Positions 23,257 to 33,837 of a stretch of 64,000 bases of DNA are shown here, in pieces. The stretch lies in the NCBI GenBank assembly GCA_003281625.1, contig QCBL01000002.1:64545-128544 (forward strand), given 5' to 3'. A program made the position numbers and the translations under genes. This DNA is from Prochlorococcus sp. AG-347-I04. GTDB lineage: Bacteria > Cyanobacteriota > Cyanobacteriia > PCC-6307 > Cyanobiaceae. The notes beneath the pieces are model-generated. The model searched no databases, was not told the DNA's origin, and was given only the letters and a program-made list of their open reading frames with translations. The stretch's first letter is position 1. The number at the start of each line of letters is the position of its first letter.

Positions 23257-24039
23257 TTAATCCACTGCAGTGTTTATCAGACCAGGATTTCTTGCTTGAA
23301 TAAATTCTTGCTTAGCAGTTTCAACTTGAGAACCAACAGGTAACTCAAGACAATATCCAGCACCATATACAGTTTTTATATATATAGGCTTACGTGGATC
23401 TGGTTCTAATTTGGTGCGTAAGTGTCTAATATGAACTCTTATTGTTTCAATATCATCATCAGGTTCGTATCCCCATACCTCTTTAAGAATCAATGCTGGA
23501 GATACAGTTTGGCCATGCCTCTGCAAAAGACAATGAAGTAGTTCAAATTCAAGATGCGTCAACCTAACAGGAGATTCAAACCATATAGCTTCAAATCTTT
23601 CTGGAACAAGAGTTAAAGGGCCATAATTTAATATTTCTTGCTGGTTACTAGAATTTAATTGAGCTCTGTTGGTTCTTCTTAATAAAGCTTTAATGCGTAC
23701 ATGTAATTCTTCTAGATCGAATGGTTTCGTAATATAATCATCTGCCCCAGAATTAAACCCAGTAACTTTATCTTTAATACCGCCTAATGCGGTTATCATC
23801 AAGATTGGTATATTTGATGTTCTTTCATCTCTTCTTAGACGCTGGCATAAAGTTAATCCATCCACACTTGGTAGCATTAAATCTAAAAGTATTAAATCTG
23901 GTGAGTATTGAAGAGCTAATGCTTGTCCTTTAATTCCATCTTCAGCTTTTTGTACATCGAAACCAGAATGTTCTAGATGCCTAGCCACCAAATCACGCAT
24001 ATCACGATCATCTTCAATTAAAAGGATTGAAATTTTCAT
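23257..24039 (-). CDS. rpaA: OmpR-family response regulator RpaA
   Basis: [53 protein letters not shown] are RpaA-specific stretches. Confidence 0.93.
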   Translation of the reverse strand: MKISILLIEDDRDMRDLVARHLEHSGFDVQKAEDGIKGQALALQYSPDLILLDLMLPSVDGLTLCQRLRRDERTSNIPILMITALGGIKDKVTGFNSGADDYITKPFDLEELHVRIKALLRRTNRAQLNSSNQQEILNYGPLTLVPERFEAIWFESPVRLTHLEFELLHCLLQRHGQTVSPALILKEVWGYEPDDDIETIRVHIRHLRTKLEPDPRKPIYIKTVYGAGYCLELPVGSQVETAKQEFIQARNPGLINTAVD

Positions 24040-24441
24040 ATTTATAACTATTAAATTAAAATTAAGTTTTAGTAGTATAATTCTCTCAAGAATTTATAAA
24101 GATTGCTGAATTAGTGTAAACAATTTTATCAATTAGATATATCAAATAACTTAGTAATAGCAATAGATTAGATAGAAATTACAAATTTTAAAAAAATTGA
24201 AATTTTAGAATTTCTTTCGATTCTATTTACTTTTTCTTAATAATTAAATGATTATTCGAAACAAATACTTATTAAATTTGAAACGATTATTAATTCAGGT
24301 TGCAGTTATAAAGTGTATAAAAATCAAATTTAGTGGTGATTTTCAATTATCAAATAAGAATTAACTAATTTTAAAGTTTTTAATTTCTCCACAATGTTTA
24401 AACTAATAATTTTGTCTATATTAAAAAAAATTTAAGTATCT

Positions 24442-24801
24442 ATGAAAAAGAAGCCTATTATTTATTCTGATTTATCAAAAAAACAACTAGAAAACCTTAA
24501 AGAACTTTACATTCAAAAAAAAGTTGAATCGATGAGTCTTCAAGAACTTAAAGAATATGTATTAGATATTATTTCTCATCAGATAAATGATACTATCGGC
24601 AAAGAAGAAGAAATGGAAGCATGGAGAGAAATGTCAGATTTTTTTGGAGAACAATTTGAAATAAATATCCTAGAAGTACAATCAAAATACATTGACGATA
24701 AAAACGTAAGTGAAACAGAAATAGATTCTCAGAAGCAAAGAATAGAATTAATTGAAAGGAATAATTTGGATCAAGAGAAACAAGATATGTGGGATGACTA
24801 G
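24442..24801 (+). CDS. Hypothetical acidic helical protein
   Basis: 119-aa ORF with normal protein composition in an otherwise non-coding region; no family recognised with certainty. Confidence 0.7.
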   Translation: MKKKPIIYSDLSKKQLENLKELYIQKKVESMSLQELKEYVLDIISHQINDTIGKEEEMEAWREMSDFFGEQFEINILEVQSKYIDDKNVSETEIDSQKQRIELIERNNLDQEKQDMWDD

Positions 24802-25310
24802 AATTTCTTGATTGGTTTAAAAATGTGAATAATATTAGCAAAAATATGTTTTTAAAAAAAAATTAAAATCAATTAATGGGTTTTTTTTTAATTGCGGATA
24901 ACTTGGAAAATGTTCTAACTACTGTTCTAAAAAAATAATTTTTTTCTACTAAAAGCATTAAGAATAGGGTATTTATAATAAATTTAATGTTCTACATACT
25001 GTTTTTATTAGTACATCAAATATACTTGATTATTTCTACGGCTACCACTATTTGAAAAAAAATTTGGAAAAGAAATAACATATTCACCCTAATAGGTGAA
25101 TTTGAAAAACTTTTTGGAATTTAAAACTCCCTTGGCGATTATCGAGCAAGTCTCTAATGACTTGTTATGACAAATCTTGAACCCCTATTTCATAATAATT
25201 TGTGGATTACACTTTTCTTCGAAAATAAGAGGTTGATATCAAAATAAATGGATGAAATATATTGCACCGAACATCAATTCTTTTTCCTTATTCAAGTTCA
25301 ATTTGAATCA

Positions 25311-25336
25311 ATAAAAAAGAGACTTATGCAGTCTCT
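25311..25336 (-). terminator. Rho-independent terminator downstream of tRNA-Asn
   Basis: Minus strand AGAGACT-GCATA-AGTCTCT followed by TTTTTATT, 26 nt past the tRNA 3' end. Confidence 0.7.
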
Positions 25337-25362
25337 AAGTCCATTATGAAATTGTTATTAAA

Positions 25363-25434
<72 letters not shown>

Positions 25435-25483
25435 ATATAGAATGAATTTAGCTCTTTAAAGTACCTTATGACAAGTCAAAAAG

Positions 25484-26170
25484 TTAATTATATTGAAATT
25501 TTGACGGTTCTTGCCAATTAGATAAAAAACCATTTTTCAACTCTGCTACTGCATCAGCATAAGTTAATTCTTCATAACGATGGGTAATCCACAAGGCTGA
25601 TAAAGGTTTTTTCTGGTCACTTGTCAGATTTTTAATAGTTTGTAAAACTTTTAATTGGCTGGTTTGATCAAGTAACGCTGTAGGCTCATCTAAGAGAATA
25701 AAATTTCTATTACTGATCAGAGCGCATGCAATAGTTAAGCGTTGTTTTTGTCCACCGCTTAAAGTGTGAACTGGCCTTTTTTCAAAACCAGTCATTCCTA
25801 CCTGATCAAGAACATATTCAATTTTTTTATTAATTTCATTTTGACTTATATTCTGATTAATATTAATCAGAAGTTCACTCCTGCAGTTTGGCATCAATAT
25901 TTGATGATCAGGGTTTTGAAATACCATGCCAATATTTGCATTAGAGTCAATGACACCATTTTGGGGGTTGATTATTCCATTAATTAATTTTAAAAGAGTA
26001 CTTTTTCCGCTCCCGTTTTTACCTACGACCATCCAAAATCCAGATTTTTTTATTGAGAAGTTACATTTAAAAATTAAATTTTCTTTTTCTCCAGGATATG
26101 AAAAAGAAACATCTTTGAATTTAATATGAGGTATTTCATTTTCAAGGGAATCTCGCATTAATTCTATCAA
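25484..26170 (-). CDS. ECF/CbiO-like ABC transporter ATP-binding subunit
   Basis: GKNGSGKST, MVFQNPD, LSGGQKQR, LLDEPT; start may be ATG at 26158. Confidence 0.88.
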   Translation of the reverse strand: MIELMRDSLENEIPHIKFKDVSFSYPGEKENLIFKCNFSIKKSGFWMVVGKNGSGKSTLLKLINGIINPQNGVIDSNANIGMVFQNPDHQILMPNCRSELLININQNISQNEINKKIEYVLDQVGMTGFEKRPVHTLSGGQKQRLTIACALISNRNFILLDEPTALLDQTSQLKVLQTIKNLTSDQKKPLSALWITHRYEELTYADAVAELKNGFLSNWQEPSKFQYN

Positions 26171-26439
26171 TCTAAGTTGAGAGAAAATCCTGGTCTTTTA
26201 GCTCCTCCTGCTACTGAGGATTTTTCATATATCTGAACAGAAATGATTTCTTTAGCCCTTACAGCAATTAATTTATCTTGCACTTTGTCGCACCCTAATT
26301 CGATCAGGTTTGAAGATTCTAAAGTTTCATTCATAGAACTTTTTATTTCGTCATAAATTCGTTTGACATCATCAAATTCTTTCTTCTGAATTGAAAGTGG
26401 AAAAGGTGAATATCTCAGACTTAGTTCCAATGAATACAT
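26167..26439 (-). CDS. Conserved cyanobacterial protein (UPF0367-like)
   Basis: MYSLELSLRYSPFPLSIQKK...ELGCDKVQDKLIAV...PGFS matches the pattern of that family. Confidence 0.75.
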   Translation of the reverse strand: MYSLELSLRYSPFPLSIQKKEFDDVKRIYDEIKSSMNETLESSNLIELGCDKVQDKLIAVRAKEIISVQIYEKSSVAGGAKRPGFSLNLD

Positions 26440-26591
26440 AATCATAATTAAAACTATCTTTTATATTACTAAATATTTTTCCGCAGGAAGTTATTTAAAT
26501 TAAATTCTTTTGAGAAAATTATATAAAAGATCTTTAAATACAATTATTATAAATATTAGGAGTTTTTATTTGCATTATAAAAAATAATTTC

Positions 26592-27560
26592 ATGGAAATA
26601 GCAAATGATATAACTTCTCTAGTTGGGAATACCCCATTAGTTAAATTAAATCGAATCAGAAAGTATTTTGATTGTTATCCAGAAATAATAGCCAAACTAG
26701 AAAGTTTCAATCCATCAGCGTCCGTTAAAGATCGGATCGCTTATTCAATGTTATGTAAAGCTGAAGAAGAAGGATTGATATCACCAGATCAAACAACACT
26801 AATTGAAGCAACAAGTGGAAATACTGGCATCGCATTAGCAATGGTTGCTGCAGCAAAAGGCTATAAATTGATATTAACTATGCCGGATACGATGAGTATT
26901 GAGAGAAGGGCAATGTTGAGAGCATATGGAGCCGAATTACAGCTAACACCTGGGAAAGACGGAATGAAAGGAGCTTTAGATTTAGCTGATGAGTTATCTT
27001 CAACCATTGCAAATAGCTATCAATTTAATCAGTTTGAAAACTTTGCTAATCCAGATATTCATGAAAGAACAACGGCCCAAGAAATATGGTCCCAATCCAA
27101 TAACAATTTAGATGGACTAGTTACGGGAGTAGGCACAGGAGGTACAATTACTGGTTGTGCACGTTTTTTGAAAAAAGTTAATCCAAATTGCAAAATTTAT
27201 GCCGTAGAGCCTAAAAAAAGTGCTGTGATTTCCGGAGAAAAAGCAGGATCACATTCTATTCAAGGAATTGGAGCGGGTTTCGTGCCTAAAGTACTTAATA
27301 CTAGCTTAATTGATGAAATTATAAAAATAGATGACGATGAAGCATTTTATTACGGGCGTTTATTAGCTCGATTGGAAGGTCTTTTATCTGGCATCAGCAG
27401 TGGTGCAGCTCTAGCTGCAACTATAAAAATCGGCAAAAGAAAAGAACTAATGAATAAAAGATTGATAGTTATTCTTCCAAGTTTTGGAGAAAGATATTTA
27501 TCAACAGCAATGTTTGAATCTAATACCTCAATTCAAGCCAGAAAAGATGGTTATCTTTAA
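26592..27560 (+). CDS. cysK: Cysteine synthase A
   Basis: NPSASVKDR (PLP lysine), EATSGNTG, GVGTGGT, QGIGAGF, ERYLST. Confidence 0.96.
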   Translation: MEIANDITSLVGNTPLVKLNRIRKYFDCYPEIIAKLESFNPSASVKDRIAYSMLCKAEEEGLISPDQTTLIEATSGNTGIALAMVAAAKGYKLILTMPDTMSIERRAMLRAYGAELQLTPGKDGMKGALDLADELSSTIANSYQFNQFENFANPDIHERTTAQEIWSQSNNNLDGLVTGVGTGGTITGCARFLKKVNPNCKIYAVEPKKSAVISGEKAGSHSIQGIGAGFVPKVLNTSLIDEIIKIDDDEAFYYGRLLARLEGLLSGISSGAALAATIKIGKRKELMNKRLIVILPSFGERYLSTAMFESNTSIQARKDGYL

Positions 27561-27576
27561 TGCATAATTTTTAAAA

Positions 27577-28254
27577 ATGGGAAAAAATTTATATGAAGAA
27601 TTAGGTCTGAAAAAAAATGCAACCAGAAGTGAAATTAAATCTTCATATCGCTCTTTAGTTAAGCAACATCATCCTGATACAGGCGGAGAGAAAGAACGAT
27701 TTCTTGCAATACAAAATGCCTGGGAAATTCTAAATGACCCTATCAAAAAGAAACAATACGATAGCAGTTTTTTCTCTTCCAGTTCATCATTTGATTCATT
27801 AAATGAAAATTGGGAAGATAAATTTAACTCAAAAAAATATCATTCTTCAATTAAGGACAAAGAAGTTGAAACATGGATTAAAGAAATTTATAGTCCGATA
27901 AATAGATTAATTAGTCAAATAATTAAACCTTTGAATAACGAAATAAAAAAACTATCTGCAGATCCATATGATGACCAACTAATGGAAAATTTTTGCAGTT
28001 ACATAATTCTTTCACAAAAGAAAATAGAAAAAGTTGAAAAAATGTATAACAAAAAAATAGTTCCAAAGTCTATTTCAGCTTTAGGCCTCAATCTTTATCA
28101 TTGTTTTTCACAAGTTAAAGATGCGCTATCAGAATTTGATAGATATACACAAGGATACGTAGATAATTACTTATTTGATGGCAAAGAAATGATTAAAGAA
28201 GCAAAAAGAATCCAATCAAAGATGTCTATAGAGAAAAAAAATAAAAACTTTTAA
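27577..28254 (+). CDS. Type III DnaJ-domain protein
   Basis: N-terminal J domain with HPD motif. Confidence 0.9.
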   Translation: MGKNLYEELGLKKNATRSEIKSSYRSLVKQHHPDTGGEKERFLAIQNAWEILNDPIKKKQYDSSFFSSSSSFDSLNENWEDKFNSKKYHSSIKDKEVETWIKEIYSPINRLISQIIKPLNNEIKKLSADPYDDQLMENFCSYIILSQKKIEKVEKMYNKKIVPKSISALGLNLYHCFSQVKDALSEFDRYTQGYVDNYLFDGKEMIKEAKRIQSKMSIEKKNKNF

Positions 28255-28265
28255 GTATAAAAATT

Positions 28266-28502
28266 TTATTGAGTATATTCTTTAAGTTGATCTAATTTCA
28301 ACCAAACATCTGGAACAGGTCTACGCCATCTAACCTGGGCATATTCGTCTTTGAGTGAGAGAATCTCTCCTGGACCTTCAAAGACATAATTAGGTAAATC
28401 ATTATCACTAGCTAGCGCTTCGATACTTTTTATATAAATTTCTTTATCGACAAAAACTAAGCTTCCTTTCTTGAGAGGTTTCTTTTCAATAGAATCTGTC
28501 AT
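28266..28502 (-). CDS. ndhO: NAD(P)H-quinone oxidoreductase subunit O
   Basis: LKKGSLV...SIEALASD..LPNYVFEGPGEIL...RWRRPVPDVW. Confidence 0.92.
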   Translation of the reverse strand: MTDSIEKKPLKKGSLVFVDKEIYIKSIEALASDNDLPNYVFEGPGEILSLKDEYAQVRWRRPVPDVWLKLDQLKEYTQ

Positions 28503-28638
28503 AATAAATTCAAGAAAGTTATTTGAAAACCATTATACAAAAACTTGTTTGAAAAATATTTAAAAAAATTTATACCGGAATAATAATTACAAACATCTAA
28601 AAAATTTAATAGTCTTAAATGATAAACATCTTTATGAT

Positions 28639-29565
28639 ATGCGTCTTTTACTTCTTGGCTGCACTGGATTTGTTGGTAAAGAATTAGTACCAACACTATT
28701 TAATGAAAATCACGAAATATACATAATAAGTAGAAAACCGATTAGTAAATTAAAGGTTGATTTAGATTTCAATAAATTTAAATTTTTTCAAATAGACTTA
28801 TCAAAAGAAAAAAACTGGAATAACGAAAATCTACTAAATATTTTAAGAGAGACAGATGGCATTATTAACTTAATGGGAGAACCCATAGCAGAAAAAAAAT
28901 GGACTTCTGAACAAAAACAAGAGATTGAAAATAGTCGGATTAACACCACGAAATTTATGATGAAAACTCTTAAAAATTTCAAAATAAACCCAAAAGTCAT
29001 TTTAAATGGATCAGCAATAGGTTATTACGGTACAAGTTTATCTGGTGAATTCACTGAAAATAGTATTGAAGGACAAGACTTTTTAGCTAATCTTTGCAAA
29101 AAATGGGAAGCTGCTGCTGCTGAAAAACCATTTTTCTCAAGGTTAATTATTTTTAGAATTGGAATTGTTCTAGAGGCAGATGGAGGAGCATTAGGAAAAA
29201 TGCTCCCAATATTTAAAGTTGGATTAGGTGGACCAATTGGAGATGGTAAGCAATGGATGAGTTGGATTCATAGAACTGATTTATGTGCATTAATTACTCA
29301 AGCATTAGTTGATAAAAAGTATTCGGGAGTATTTAATGCTGTTGCGCCAAATCCAGTATTAATGAGAGAGTTTTCTCAAACTTTAGGCAAATGTCTGAAT
29401 AGACCTAATTTACTTCCAGTGCCTGGAGCGGTTTTAAAAATTTTGTTAGGAGATGGAGCAAAAGTTGTATTAGAAGGACAAAAAGTAATTAGCAGTAAAC
29501 TCAAAAATTATACTTTTAAATATCCTCTTCTTGAGAAAGCAATTTACGCCTCCACCAAGAATTAA
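28639..29565 (+). CDS. TIGR01777/YfcH-family NAD-dependent epimerase-like protein
   Basis: GCTGFVG, SAIGYYG, GGPIGDGKQWMSWIH, FNAVAPNPV. Confidence 0.9.
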   Translation: MRLLLLGCTGFVGKELVPTLFNENHEIYIISRKPISKLKVDLDFNKFKFFQIDLSKEKNWNNENLLNILRETDGIINLMGEPIAEKKWTSEQKQEIENSRINTTKFMMKTLKNFKINPKVILNGSAIGYYGTSLSGEFTENSIEGQDFLANLCKKWEAAAAEKPFFSRLIIFRIGIVLEADGGALGKMLPIFKVGLGGPIGDGKQWMSWIHRTDLCALITQALVDKKYSGVFNAVAPNPVLMREFSQTLGKCLNRPNLLPVPGAVLKILLGDGAKVVLEGQKVISSKLKNYTFKYPLLEKAIYASTKN

Positions 29566-29785
29566 TACCGTTTACTAAAGCACCAATAATAAGAATTGTT
29601 ATTAATGGCACTATAAGAGGATTCCAAACTATCTGAATAAAATTAATAAAAATAAATATGCCATTTAATTGCATAATGATTGCAAAAATAAAAAATATTG
29701 CAAAAAAAATGACTGTAAATAAATTTATTAATAACAAATTATCGATTATTTGTTTTAACTTATTTTGATTATTCTCCTTAGTCAT
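29516..29785 (-). CDS. Hypothetical two-TM membrane protein
   Basis: Two hydrophobic helices; start overlaps the stop of the upstream co-oriented gene. Confidence 0.7.
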   Translation of the reverse strand: MTKENNQNKLKQIIDNLLLINLFTVIFFAIFFIFAIIMQLNGIFIFINFIQIVWNPLIVPLITILIIGALVNGINSWWRRKLLSQEEDI

Positions 29786-30980
29786 TTTTTATAACAATAT
29801 TCATATCATCAACCATTTTAAGACAAGCTTTGTTTTCACCCAGTCTTTTTTTAGCATTTTCATTACATGAAATCATAAACTTCTTATTTATCTGTATTAG
29901 GTATATTATTTTTATTATCAATTTTATTGTCTGCTTGATTTGATCATTTTTATCTCTGTAATTACAGACACAAAAAACATATTTCCCAAGCAAACGTCTT
30001 TGCGCTTCTGCAAAAGTTTTTGTAAATTGTGGACCTTTACCTTCAATTTGGATAACCGGCTTACCCAATCCAATCGCTTGCTCTGTTGCTGTCCCTGCCA
30101 TGCTGATACAGCAACTACTTTTCAATAATATTTTATCAAAATTATTCCAATATATATTAACTTCTAAAAATTTATATTGGACTTTCAAGAGATTATTATC
30201 TTTTATATTTTCTATTTTTAACCATCCTCTTTTTTGAAATATCTCCTTTATTTTTGATGAAGATAGAGCATTTACTATTGCAAAATTAAACTGAATTTTT
30301 TGAAAATATCTTAAATCTGATAATGCCTCTAATACCTCTAAAATCAAAACAAAATTATCTAAAATCTCAGGGAATCTACTTCCTGGAAATAATCCAATAC
30401 TAAATTCATCTTTATTTAATTCTTTGTTTCTAAGAAAAAACTTATCCATAAATGGGTTGCCTAAAAAAGACACTTTCTTTTTTAATTGCAATGTTAAATC
30501 ACTAGCTGTAAGGGAATCTCTCGTATATATTTTTTTTGCTTTTTGTGAGCTCAAGAAAAATTTAGAAGGCCATGGTAATTTCAACTTCCCTTCATAATGG
30601 CTGGAATAAGCAACTAGATATGTAAAAAAATCTTTCTTACAAACCCATGCAAAAAAAACTGGCACAATATCTCCAACTACAAAAAAATAGTCATATTTTT
30701 TCTTTATTTTAAAAGTTAAATATAATCTTTTAAAAAGATAAAATATTTGTCCTCCTAATATCTCAGTAAGTCTTCCCTTAAAGGAATTATAACCAATACC
30801 TCCAGTTCTAAATTCCTTAGTTTTACCGATAATCTTAATTTTTTCTTTTTTGTAATGGTTTCCCATACCAACAATTGGCAAAGCATGAACTGAATAACCA
30901 CTTTTTACGAATTGTTTAGCTATTAAACTGCCAGATAGATCTTCTCCATGCCCATTACTTAAAATTAAAATCTTAAACAA
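29778..30980 (-). CDS. Lipid-A-disaccharide synthase-related glycosyltransferase-like protein (TIGR03492-like)
   Basis: LSNGHGED, LPIVG, LFPGSRFPE, MAGTATEQAIGLGKP, GKGPQFT. Confidence 0.85.
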   Translation of the reverse strand: MFKILILSNGHGEDLSGSLIAKQFVKSGYSVHALPIVGMGNHYKKEKIKIIGKTKEFRTGGIGYNSFKGRLTEILGGQIFYLFKRLYLTFKIKKKYDYFFVVGDIVPVFFAWVCKKDFFTYLVAYSSHYEGKLKLPWPSKFFLSSQKAKKIYTRDSLTASDLTLQLKKKVSFLGNPFMDKFFLRNKELNKDEFSIGLFPGSRFPEILDNFVLILEVLEALSDLRYFQKIQFNFAIVNALSSSKIKEIFQKRGWLKIENIKDNNLLKVQYKFLEVNIYWNNFDKILLKSSCCISMAGTATEQAIGLGKPVIQIEGKGPQFTKTFAEAQRRLLGKYVFCVCNYRDKNDQIKQTIKLIIKIIYLIQINKKFMISCNENAKKRLGENKACLKMVDDMNIVIKND

Positions 30981-30981
30981 T

Positions 30982-31410
30982 TTAAAATTCCAACCATTTT
31001 TTTACTTTGGTTAACTCAGGCCAATCTGGATATCTACTTAATCCGTCTTCAACAGATTCTTTTAACTCACTTTTCACGTCTGGCATCATTTTAGACATTT
31101 TTTTTATTATCTCAATATGATCTCTAACACCTTTATTATTGGTAGCCAAAAGAGCTAAAGACAAATTCATTCTTGCTTGTGGATCTTGCTGATTTAATCG
31201 AACAGCTTGTCTGGAAGCTGACAAAGCTTCTTCATTATTTTTCAAAAGTAATTGAAGCCATGATAAACAAGTCCAAGCAGCAAAATGATTTGGAATTTGC
31301 TGTATAATTTTTTGAAAATCTTGAACGATTGGAATTAAATCTTGCCCTGCTTTGTATCTTGATAAAGCTGCATTAAAATCCTCTTCGATGGGATTAATTT
31401 CGTTATTCAT
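30982..31410 (-). CDS. TPR-repeat protein
   Basis: AAWTCLSWLQL...A.RQAVRLNQQDPQARMNL TPR pattern. Confidence 0.8.
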   Translation of the reverse strand: MNNEINPIEEDFNAALSRYKAGQDLIPIVQDFQKIIQQIPNHFAAWTCLSWLQLLLKNNEEALSASRQAVRLNQQDPQARMNLSLALLATNNKGVRDHIEIIKKMSKMMPDVKSELKESVEDGLSRYPDWPELTKVKKWLEF

Positions 31411-31416
31411 TATTTA

Positions 31417-31809
31417 TTAAACTGCGAAAGAGCTTCCACAACCGCAAGTTTGAGAGGCATTGGGATTTACAAAATTAAAGCCACCTCCAATTAATTCCTT
31501 ACTAAAATCTAACTGCATTCCATAAATATATAAAAGACTTTTAGGATCACAAACAACTTGAAAGCTTTGATCGGCTTTTAATGAATAATCATAAACTTTA
31601 TCATCGGGATTTATTTCATCAGTTCCTATAAAATCCATCGTATAACTCATCCCACTACAACCGCCAGATCTTACTCCTACCCTTAGTGCTTTTTTATCAC
31701 TTTGGCCCTTCAATAAATTTGAAATTTGTTCTATAGCATCATTCGTAATTAAGATACCTTTGCCATCATCAGAATTTTTAATTTCCTGTTTAACTTCTAC
31801 ATTTTCCAT
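31417..31809 (-). CDS. A-type Fe-S carrier (IscA/SufA, HesB family)
   Basis: GGCSGMSY and NPNASQTCGCGSSF; start placed at ATG 31809. Confidence 0.93.
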   Translation of the reverse strand: MENVEVKQEIKNSDDGKGILITNDAIEQISNLLKGQSDKKALRVGVRSGGCSGMSYTMDFIGTDEINPDDKVYDYSLKADQSFQVVCDPKSLLYIYGMQLDFSKELIGGGFNFVNPNASQTCGCGSSFAV

Positions 31810-31908
31810 AAACAAGGGATTTCTACTATTTATAATATAAAAACTTAATCGATAGGATGCATAGAACAAACGTTATCCAAACTTGATTTGTTATAATTCA
31901 TAGAAAAA

Positions 31909-33363
31909 GTGAAAATTGCAATAGTTGGTTCTGGATTAGCTGGTCTTACAGCAGCAGTCAATTTAGTTGATGAAGGTCACGAAGTAGAAATTTACGAGAG
32001 CAGGTCATTTTGGGGAGGTAAAGTAGGAAGTTGGGAAGATAAAGATGGCAACCACATAGAAATGGGTTTACATGTATTTTTTTACAACTATGCAAATCTT
32101 TTTAAATTAATGAAAAAAGTGGGAGCTCTAGACAATTTACTCCCGAAAGATCATACTCATCTATTTATCAATAATGGTGGTAATTTAAAATCGTTAGACT
32201 TCAGATTCCCTTTAGGTGCTCCATTTAACGGACTTAAAGCATTTTTTACCACCGAACAACTTACTTGGGTAGATAAATTCAGAAATGCCTTAGCTTTAGG
32301 GACAAGTCCAATCGTTAGAGGATTGATAGACTATGAAGGTGCAATGAAAATAATTAGAGATCTAGATAGAATTAGTTTTAAAGAATGGTTTTTAAACCAT
32401 GGTGGAAGTGAAAAAAGTTTAGAAAGAATGTGGGATCCTATTGCATATGCATTAGGTTTTATTAATTGCAAAGATATTTCAGCAAGATGCATGCTAACTA
32501 TATTCATGATGTTTGCTTCAAAAACAGAAGCCTCAAAACTTAATCTCTTAAAAGGTTCCCCACATAAGTGGTTAACGCAACCTATCGTAGATTACATCAC
32601 GAACAAAGGAGCAAAAATACATCTTAACCATAAGGTAGAAGAAATCATTTATGAAAAGGAATCTTCCTCTTATTCAGTAAATCAATTAAAAATATCTTCT
32701 CCTGAAGGAATTAAGGCAGTGTTTGCAGATAAATTTCTAGCTGCCTGTGATGTTCCTGGAATAAAAAAAATAATTCCAAAAGAATGGTATCAATTTAAAG
32801 AATTTGAGGGTTTAAAAAAACTTAGAGCTGTTGCTGTTGCCACAATCCAATTAAGATATGACGGTTGGGTTACTGAATTACAAAAAGATAATACTGGAAA
32901 CGAACCAATTGGACTAGATAACCTTCTTTATTCTGCTGATGCCTCTTTCAGTTGTTTTGCTGATTTAGCACTAGCAAGTCCAGCAGACTACAGAAAAAAA
33001 GATATGGGATCGCTTCTCCAATGTGTTTTAACTCCTGGCGATAAATGGATGGGAAGATCCACAGAAAGAATTACAAAGGAAATTGATAAAGAGGTTCGCC
33101 GTCTATTCCCATCCTCAAAAAACCTTAAATTGCTTTGGAGTAACGTGGTACAAATTCCACAATCACTTTATAGAGAAGCTCCAGGTATGGAACCTTTCAG
33201 ACCCGATCAAAAAACATCTATATCTAATTTCTTCATGGCTGGCAGTTATACAAAACAAGATTATATAGACTCTATGGAGGGAGCCACAATGAGTGGTCAT
33301 TTAGCTGCCGCCGCAATTTTAGAGAAGAAAGCCGAATTAGCAAAAAATCTTGCAGTAAGTTAA
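31909..33363 (+). CDS. zds: Zeta-carotene desaturase (CrtQ)
   Basis: [42 protein letters not shown]; GTG start. Confidence 0.95.
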   Translation: MKIAIVGSGLAGLTAAVNLVDEGHEVEIYESRSFWGGKVGSWEDKDGNHIEMGLHVFFYNYANLFKLMKKVGALDNLLPKDHTHLFINNGGNLKSLDFRFPLGAPFNGLKAFFTTEQLTWVDKFRNALALGTSPIVRGLIDYEGAMKIIRDLDRISFKEWFLNHGGSEKSLERMWDPIAYALGFINCKDISARCMLTIFMMFASKTEASKLNLLKGSPHKWLTQPIVDYITNKGAKIHLNHKVEEIIYEKESSSYSVNQLKISSPEGIKAVFADKFLAACDVPGIKKIIPKEWYQFKEFEGLKKLRAVAVATIQLRYDGWVTELQKDNTGNEPIGLDNLLYSADASFSCFADLALASPADYRKKDMGSLLQCVLTPGDKWMGRSTERITKEIDKEVRRLFPSSKNLKLLWSNVVQIPQSLYREAPGMEPFRPDQKTSISNFFMAGSYTKQDYIDSMEGATMSGHLAAAAILEKKAELAKNLAVS

Positions 33364-33366
33364 TCC

Positions 33367-33837
33367 ATGGGTACTTGGCTAAAACATGACGTAATAACAG
33401 TTGTTAATGCGCCTCTTGAAAATGTGTGGGACACATGGAGCGATTTAGACTCAATGTCACTTTGGATGAGCTGGATTGAATCTGTAAAAACACTTGACGA
33501 AGAAACTAATACGTTACCAGATTTAACAGAATGGACTTTAGCTGCAAATGGCTTTAGGTTTAAGTGGAAAGCTCAAATTACAGAAAGGGTTGAAAAAAGC
33601 AAACTTAAATGGAAATCAATAGGAGGTTTACCAACTGAGGGATCAGTAGTTTTCGAAAGTAAAACTGATCAAATCACCACGGTAAATTTAGCAATAACTT
33701 ATGAATTACCAAAAATGATTGCTCGGTTTATGGAAGAAAATATTTTAGGCAAAATGGTTACAAATGAATTACAGACCAATATTGATAGGTTCAAAGATTT
33801 AGTTGAAAAAAACTATACAAAAAATCTTGCTAATTAA
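33367..33837 (+). CDS. SRPBCC/polyketide-cyclase family protein
   Basis: VNAPLENVWDTWSD...W..F.WKAQITER...W.S..GL; follows zds. Confidence 0.85.
   Translation: MGTWLKHDVITVVNAPLENVWDTWSDLDSMSLWMSWIESVKTLDEETNTLPDLTEWTLAANGFRFKWKAQITERVEKSKLKWKSIGGLPTEGSVVFESKTDQITTVNLAITYELPKMIARFMEENILGKMVTNELQTNIDRFKDLVEKNYTKNLAN

Noticed and set aside
24987-25250. Micro-ORFs MFYILFLLVHQIYLIISTATTI and MTNLEPLFHNNLWITLFFENKRLISK
   Set aside because: Under 30 aa, no ribosome-binding or motif support; expected by chance in AT-rich DNA.
24040-25362. Integrative element or attR duplication next to tRNA-Asn
   Set aside because: No second copy of the tRNA 3' end and no integrase or recombinase fragment found by eye.
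28499-28696. 65-aa minus-strand ORF upstream of ndhO
   Set aside because: Spans an AT-rich divergent promoter and overlaps the start of the opposite gene; no protein-like pattern.
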